IMG/VR virus record: IMGVR_UViG_3300017963_000025
Span: 1 to 64,000 of that record
DNA from: a virus
Length of the DNA: 64,000 nt
Direction: 5' to 3' (one strand)
Position 1 is the stretch's first letter. Each line of letters opens with the position of its first letter. Below are positions 58,339-64,000 of the stretch, piece by piece. The notes beneath the pieces were generated by a model, which was given only the letters and a program-made list of their open reading frames with translations, ran no database searches and had not been told where the DNA came from. The translations under genes and the position numbers were made by a program.

Positions 58339-58842
58339 ATGATGCAACAAAAAGAATCCGAAGCGCGGACGCATTGCAGTGATCATGGCGGTATTGATTT
58401 TGAGCTGGAAAGCGATGAGCGAGCGCTTCCCGAGCTTGTCGTTGAAATAAATCAGGCGGCTTTCAAGCAATTCAAAAACAAGAGTTTTCACCTGGATACG
58501 TATTGTTTCGATTCGAAGCCTGAAATGCGGTTTTTTGACATCATTCTCAGAAGCGATGATGTCCGTAAAGTTTATTTCACGGGCATGCTGACGCATGGCC
58601 AAAGCGATTTCTATATTCATTACATTGATCCGGAGGTATCGGGGGTGCGGACATACTATCCGGATTTTTTGATCGAAAAAAAGGACGGTTCATATGTGAT
58701 CGTTGAGATCAAGGGAGAGCACAAGCTGGACGATCCGGTTGTCGAATCCAAAAAGAAGTTTGCGGAACAAATGGCAACGGACAATCGCGGAAAAAGAACA
58801 CGAAAGAGATTGACTTATTTCCTTCCCGATTTATCGTCCTGA
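58339..58842 (+). pseudogene. C-terminal nuclease-domain fragment of a type III restriction (Res) subunit
   Basis: FDS.PE, F.I.Y, YYPDFL, IVEIKG. Confidence 0.7.
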
Positions 58843-58852
58843 AAGTGTCAAA

Positions 58853-58870
58853 ACCGCAAACGTTTGCGGA
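58853..58870. repeat. Palindrome, copy 18 (16-bp core perfect, first base A)
   Basis: ACCGCAAACGTTTGCGGA. Confidence 0.93.
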
Positions 58871-58893
58871 TAGAAAGAAAGGGGGGAATAATA

Positions 58894-59271
58894 TTGGATT
58901 TGTATTGTGAACAATGCGGCGAATACCTGTGCCGGTTGGTGATGGAAAACGGCCAACCCATGGCGCTAAACAATGAAAACATGGAGGGCGATCCCTATGT
59001 CTACGCATCCGGAAAAATGGAAATAGGTGTGTGCGGGAATTGCCTGAAAGAAACGCGGAAATCCGCAAACTCGGATTTGTGTGACGCGCTGAATGATCAA
59101 ATTGACGACACCCTGATGCCATTCGAAGCGCGGTTTGTTGAGTTGTCAGAGGAAATTCTGAATGAGGACATATCAAATAGGGACGCATCGAACAAAATAT
59201 CAGAATTGTGGAAAGATATTGATCGCGCCTTGTCAAAATTGGACGAGGCAATACCGGAGGAGGACGAATGA
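58894..59271 (+). CDS. Zinc-binding/coiled-coil hypothetical protein
   Basis: CEQC, CGNC. Confidence 0.5.
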   Translation: MDLYCEQCGEYLCRLVMENGQPMALNNENMEGDPYVYASGKMEIGVCGNCLKETRKSANSDLCDALNDQIDDTLMPFEARFVELSEEILNEDISNRDASNKISELWKDIDRALSKLDEAIPEEDE

Positions 59272-59506
59272 CACCCGAACACAAAAAAGAAATTCACACC
59301 GCCATGGTCGAACGTGACAAACTTCGGTTGGAGACTACGGCATCATACAGAAACCTTGTTTACGGGAAGGCGACTTCTTCCCAATATTCGACAATCGCCA
59401 CTCAGCTAAGACGCGCCCACATGCGTGTCTTGGATTTGTTGGACGAATACGGTATCGATATTTCCATGGCAGAGGACACACGTGCGTTTGCCGATGTTGA
59501 TCTGCC

Positions 59507-59938
59507 ATGCGTGACCCACACCTATCAGTGAACACCAACCCGTTTGACATTGGGTATCTCACCGTGGCATTATGGGATATCGACCATTGCTTTTACGGGC
59601 GGGGGTATCGTCATCTTACGGACGGACGGGAATTTTCGGTGGCGGTCGAAATCCGGACCCATTATGAGTATGTGGAAGTATTGCCCAAACATATGTGGGG
59701 TACGCTGATGCTGACCAGCATCCCAAACACCATCTTTCAAAAACTGTTGTTTGGCCATGCCAGAAAATTCGGATATCGGTTGCGTCGTATCGGGTTGCTG
59801 AAAAGCCAGGAGTACATTACCGGCAGTACGCCGGAAGCCGTGTTCCATATCCTCGGATTACACCCCGTGCCGCATTGGGAATGGGTAGCCGGATACGGTG
59901 ACTATTTACAAACGGAGAAAACCAAATGGAGAAAATGA
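59507..59938 (+). CDS. PolX/Pol-beta thumb-domain-like protein
   Basis: WG..ML......F...L...ARK.GYRL...GL........T.E.VF..LGL..VP. Confidence 0.55.
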   Translation: MRDPHLSVNTNPFDIGYLTVALWDIDHCFYGRGYRHLTDGREFSVAVEIRTHYEYVEVLPKHMWGTLMLTSIPNTIFQKLLFGHARKFGYRLRRIGLLKSQEYITGSTPEAVFHILGLHPVPHWEWVAGYGDYLQTEKTKWRK

Positions 59939-59970
59939 AATTGCTTGATCTTTTTTGCGGTGCGGGGTGA
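59935..59970 (+). pseudogene. 11-aa stub of a C5 methyltransferase (MKLLDLFCGAG*)
   Basis: Exact motif I followed by TGA. Confidence 0.55.
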
Positions 59971-60515
59971 CGGATATTACTGCGTTACGGGTTACGGTGG
60001 TAGTATAAAAGGGGCCGGTGGGAAAAGAGTTAAAAATCCGGCCACCGGCCTATACCGAATATATTGGAAAATATCTGATAGTGGCGGCGGGTTCCTTTAT
60101 TGAAAATCATAATGTGTGTCATGGAGGAGAAATGATACGAGTATTCCCAAAGCGAACGAAGAAACGATGCTGTACGGAATGCAGTCTTCGAAACTTGGAG
60201 GGTGTGTGTGAGGAATGCGGAGGGGAACCATGTCAGAATTGCATCTATTGTAGGAGCGTTAGGAATCAGACGCGGGATGACATGAAAAGACGAGACAGTA
60301 TAAAGAAATGGACAAAAAAGGAATAACATGTCAAAGGTAATCTGGCTGAGAGGTGCGGACACCAAGAAACACGCATTTGTTGACAAATACGCGACCAGTG
60401 CTTTGTGTGGCAAACAACGGGAGGCAAAAAACTGGATCATTTTAAGGCATCGCACGAAGAAATGCCCGCGCTGCATGAAAATTATGAAAGACTATGACAA
60501 CTGCGGAGGAACCGA

Positions 60516-61189
60516 ATGAAAGCACCGTTCCCCTACTTCGGCGGAAAAAGCAAGGTGGCATCGTTTGTCTGGGCCGCGCTCGGTGACCCGGAACACTACA
60601 TGGAGCCATTTTTCGGGTCCGCGGTGTTGCTGAACCGTCCCAGATGGACACCGGATCGAAATTACAGCGAAACCGTGTGCGACAAAGACGGATTTCTTGC
60701 CAATGTGTGGCGGGGAATACAAATACACCCGGAGGAAGTGGCAAAGTGGTGTGACTGGCCGATAAACGATTACGCCACGTCCGTGTGGTATGCGGGGACT
60801 TTGAGCGAATTCTCGGCGGGAATTGGCAAGACAAATCCTGGAAATCCGTGGGGATTTTCTTTGACCCGCCCTACGGGGACCCTGACAGAGAGGCTGGTCT
60901 GTATGAGGAAGACGGGTTCGACATTGCGGAACGGGTGGAGGCATGGTGCCTGAAACGATACAAGAAAAAATCACACCGAATCGTGGTCGCCGGGTATGAC
61001 ACCAAATACGAAAAGCTGGTTGATGCCGGGTGGAGACGGGTTCGGTGGTCCGCCCAAGGCGGGTATGCAAGTACGGGAAAATCGGAAAGGGGAAAAACAA
61101 ACCGACACCGGGAAATGCTGTTTGTTTCTCCCCATTGTAAAATCACTCCCATATTAAGAATGATAAGAAAGGGGAATGTGAGTCAATGA
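60516..61189 (+). pseudogene. Dam-like (D12 class) adenine methyltransferase split by an internal deletion/frameshift
   Basis: PFPYFGGKS, Y.EPFFGS in one frame; FDPPY and C-terminus in another frame from about 60785. Confidence 0.75.
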
Positions 61190-61644
61190 AAAAGACGTTT
61201 GAAGAGGTGATCAATTGGATCGGTACGCAGAATAAAACGGACAAACATAATCTGGAAAAAATGGCGGATTACGGATACCAACTGAGCAGAATGAAAGACA
61301 CCGTGTCCAAAGCATGGGAAAAATGGCGTAGAAAAATGATCGACTATGCGGACGGAACAAACACAACGATTGGCACGGAAAACGGAATTACCGTGCGCAT
61401 TGCGCATGGAAACCGCTACGAGTATGGCACCCCCGCAGAACTTATAAAATTGCTTGAAAAAGAGGGAAAGACCCACCTGTTGGACCATCTACTGAAAGTG
61501 AACACCGGGAAACTAAAAGCAATGTTGGGTGAGGAAACTCTGCGTGAATATGATTTTGTTCAAACATTTCCGCAGGAGGGGGCACCGACCATTCGGTTTT
61601 CGAAACATCCGAACCAAGGGATCGCGGAATCAGTGACAGAATAA
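61186..61644 (+). CDS. Hypothetical protein
   Basis: ATGA overlap; followed by a terminator. Confidence 0.55.
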   Translation: MKKTFEEVINWIGTQNKTDKHNLEKMADYGYQLSRMKDTVSKAWEKWRRKMIDYADGTNTTIGTENGITVRIAHGNRYEYGTPAELIKLLEKEGKTHLLDHLLKVNTGKLKAMLGEETLREYDFVQTFPQEGAPTIRFSKHPNQGIAESVTE

Positions 61645-61673
61645 CGGTCCCAAACACCGTCGGGTTTCCCAGT

Positions 61674-61714
61674 AAAACCGTGCATTTGTGCCTGTCACAT
61701 TGCACGGTTTTTTT
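61674..61714 (+). terminator. Rho-independent terminator
   Basis: AAAACCGTGCA...TGCACGGTTTT plus T tract. Confidence 0.7.
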
Positions 61715-61916
61715 ATTTACATATTTGAAATTCGTATAATTCTCACACAATGTGATAGCACATATCCCCCCAATTTTCCCCCAAATTTATTTAATTTGTC
61801 TAACACTCCGTATTTCCTATAAAATTCTATCACCTTCCGTCGCTCAGTTTGAAATGAGTTGACAAAGTATTGTATATGTCAATTGATACTATTGATATTT
61901 TCGATACGAGTCGGAG

Positions 61917-62498
61917 GTGGACGTGATTAAAAATTACCGATTGAAATCCGAAGAAAAACGGTTGGTCGTTTCCGAGGTGTATGTTCCCGGCGATGTGGAT
62001 TTGCAGGGGGATATGATGAGCGTTGAACAAGTGGAAAAAATGGCCTTCGAATTTATGAAAAACCAGCGCACCGGCAATGTGGACGTGAATCATGACTTCA
62101 CCCCATCCGGTGCGTTTGTTGTTGAATCATGGATTGCCCGCCCCAACGATCCGGACGGGTTCAGGGAAGGGGCATGGGCCGTAACAATCCATATTCCGGA
62201 TGACACCCTGTGGGCCAAGGTAAAATCCGGCGACCTGAATGCCCTTTCCATGGCTGGTAAGACCAAAACCGAATCCGGAAAACAGGTGGTGTCCCTCATT
62301 ACCGGGCTGGACGGATTTACCGAAAAATCCGCCTGTCCGGGGTTACCAGAACATCGGCATCCGGTCAGTGTGGCATGGAAGGACGGCGAAATCGGTGGAA
62401 AAACCGAAATCGCGTTTGATCACGACCACGACATCATTTCACTATCCGCCACCGGGGAAACACTCGGACATGCCCACCGGTTGGTGGTGGAGGATTAG
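61917..62498 (+). CDS. XkdF-like prohead serine protease
   Basis: V..EVYVP...D.QGD, A.EFM, DVNHD, VVESWIA, GAW, W.KVKSG.L.A.S. Confidence 0.85.
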   Translation: MDVIKNYRLKSEEKRLVVSEVYVPGDVDLQGDMMSVEQVEKMAFEFMKNQRTGNVDVNHDFTPSGAFVVESWIARPNDPDGFREGAWAVTIHIPDDTLWAKVKSGDLNALSMAGKTKTESGKQVVSLITGLDGFTEKSACPGLPEHRHPVSVAWKDGEIGGKTEIAFDHDHDIISLSATGETLGHAHRLVVED

Positions 62499-62500
62499 CC

Positions 62501-63478
62501 ATGCCAGTCAGAGCGTCCAAAATACAAAAAGAGGAAGATGTGACTATGTTGGCAGACATGGACGTGCGATACATTTCTTTGGTGCCGCACGGTGCGAACG
62601 GTCGCAGTTTCCGCGTTGTCAAAAAATACGAAAAGGAGTCATTGACTATGAAATCAATTCACCGAATTATTTCTCATGGGAAAACACCCTATGCGGATAT
62701 TGTTAAAAACAATCCGTGGCTGCAATCCCTTGGGGGGGATGTCGTAAAAACGGATAATGGGTGGTACGTCGAGCATTTGCCACAAGACCAGTTTGCGGAA
62801 AAATCCTGGCAGATTCAAAAAATCACGGAGGATGTGTTTATCCTGTCCGGTGAACTCACCACGGACAGGGCGGATGCAGTGATCCCGCCGGACACTACGA
62901 AATCCATTGGCGTGGCCGCCATGGATGCCCAGGTAAAAACAGGGGAGACGAAAAAAAGCGAACTCACCAGACCGTTCGGGGAGATGGTCGGAACGGAAAC
63001 TGACGCGTTGCTCGGCGTGGTATTTGGCGCACTGAAGCAAACGGCGGGGAACGGGAAAAGCCGAAAGAAAACCGTGCTGAACGCGATTGATGCCTATCGG
63101 GAATTCATGGATTCCGGATTGGACATGATCGGTGCGGAGGCATTGGAATTGTCCTACCCGGCCACACCGGCCCCGGAAGACACTTCGGATGTTGTGCAAA
63201 CGGAATTTGTTGAAATCACCAACCCCACGGATGACGTGGTGAAGCTGGTGGAAACCCTGAAAGGCGCGGGGGTATTCCCCAAACTACCGGAAGAAAATCC
63301 GGAGGTGGCCGAACTGAAAACCACGATTGCCGAACTGACGGAAAGGGTGAAAAATTTGTCTGGGCAACCCACTGCGATATCGGCATCTGTCGAGGATGAC
63401 GATGTAACAGCAGGCACGTCCGCAACCACAACCGAACCGGACCCGGATGAAAAACTTTTCAGTGGGGTACTGGTTTAA
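62501..63478 (+). CDS. Head maturation/scaffold protein
   Basis: L.D.DV..ISLV..GAN...F..VK, acidic coiled-coil tail; directly upstream of the capsid gene. Confidence 0.6.
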   Translation: MPVRASKIQKEEDVTMLADMDVRYISLVPHGANGRSFRVVKKYEKESLTMKSIHRIISHGKTPYADIVKNNPWLQSLGGDVVKTDNGWYVEHLPQDQFAEKSWQIQKITEDVFILSGELTTDRADAVIPPDTTKSIGVAAMDAQVKTGETKKSELTRPFGEMVGTETDALLGVVFGALKQTAGNGKSRKKTVLNAIDAYREFMDSGLDMIGAEALELSYPATPAPEDTSDVVQTEFVEITNPTDDVVKLVETLKGAGVFPKLPEENPEVAELKTTIAELTERVKNLSGQPTAISASVEDDDVTAGTSATTTEPDPDEKLFSGVLV

Positions 63479-63496
63479 TCCGCAAACGTTTGCGGA
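63479..63496. repeat. 18-bp palindrome, copy 19
   Basis: Exact match directly after TAA, upstream of the capsid RBS. Confidence 0.97.
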
Positions 63497-63529
63497 TGAC
63501 CCAAAAAAATTCGACGGAGGATATATATT

Positions 63530-64000
63530 ATGAAAGGTTCGAAAATTGTTGAAAAAGCGGACATCGCAGTCAGCAATCTGATTAGCGACGGCGGATATCT
63601 CAACCCGGAACAGTCTGACCGGTTCATCCAAATGCTGCAAGACCAGCCCACCATTCTCAGGGCTGTACGTACCGTACGTATGAACGCGCCACAACGGAAA
63701 ATTGAGAAAATCGGATTCGGTTCTCGTATTCTACGGGCCGCGCCGGCCAGTGGCACCGCGCTTGCCGCAGGGGACCGAAGTGCGCCCACTACGGATATGG
63801 TAACACTCACCACCAAAGAGGTGATTGCCCAGGTCAATCTGCCCTATGACGTGCTCGAAGACAATATCGAGCGGGGCAACCTGAATTCAACCATCATGAG
63901 CATGATGGCTGAACGGGTGGCACTGGACAGTGAGGAGTGGTTGCTTTTGGCGGACACCGGGTCAGGGGATGCGTTTCTGGCGCTGGCGGACGGTGCCATT
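63530..64000 (+). CDS. Major capsid protein (XkdG/PBSX-like), partial
   Basis: GGAGG RBS; hand translation MKGSKIVEKADIAVSNLISDGGYLNPEQSDRFIQ...KIGFGSRILRAA...LPYDVLEDNIE; open to the window end. Confidence 0.88.
   Translation, partial: MKGSKIVEKADIAVSNLISDGGYLNPEQSDRFIQMLQDQPTILRAVRTVRMNAPQRKIEKIGFGSRILRAAPASGTALAAGDRSAPTTDMVTLTTKEVIAQVNLPYDVLEDNIERGNLNSTIMSMMAERVALDSEEWLLLADTGSGDAFLALADGAI

Noticed and set aside
2069-63496. Palindrome as a CRISPR repeat
   Set aside because: Copies are kilobases apart with no spacer array; no cas1/cas2; the Cas4-like gene is a typical stand-alone phage nuclease
2069-63496. Palindrome as a Rho-independent terminator
   Set aside because: No loop, no consistent T tract, exact sequence conserved, and six copies lie inside genes; ordinary terminators exist separately

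Overview
This window is a 64-kb slice of a large tailed dsDNA bacteriophage, and almost all genes lie on the + strand. It runs from the end of a tail-fibre-like gene to the start of the major capsid gene. Core genes: SPO1-type UDG-fused family A DNA polymerase, PBSX-type portal, gpF-like head protein, M15A endolysin and an initiator-type tRNA-Met. The replication/recombination block holds a lambda-O-like initiator with an upstream iteron/AT-rich origin candidate, a degenerate DnaC-like protein, DnaB, a mini-ComM, primase, SSB, SF2 helicase, RecA, nucleases and RuvC. Further on are a Ycf46-like AAA ATPase, a ParB-like protein, terminase, several DNA-modification genes, ferritin, an XkdF-like protease and the capsid gene. 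From 40.7 to 46.2 kb, early-type genes on the - strand surround a 2-kb non-coding region rich in repeats and IHF boxes, with a family of near-identical strong sigma70 promoters. The most striking unexplained signal is an 18-bp perfect palindrome, TCCGCAAACGTTTGCGGA, present 19 times at unusually even spacing (about every 3.4 kb). It sits both just after stop codons and inside conserved core proteins, so it looks like a genome-wide protein-binding site system (parS/NBS-like or stoperator-like). A second signal is a pair of 60-69-nt pieces of diverged dnaB and ssb alleles inserted in frame into unrelated genes, in a genome littered with gene fragments, one of which may be a decayed TIGR-Tas locus. 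All family assignments come from motif recognition by eye, with no database searches. The host cannot be assigned.
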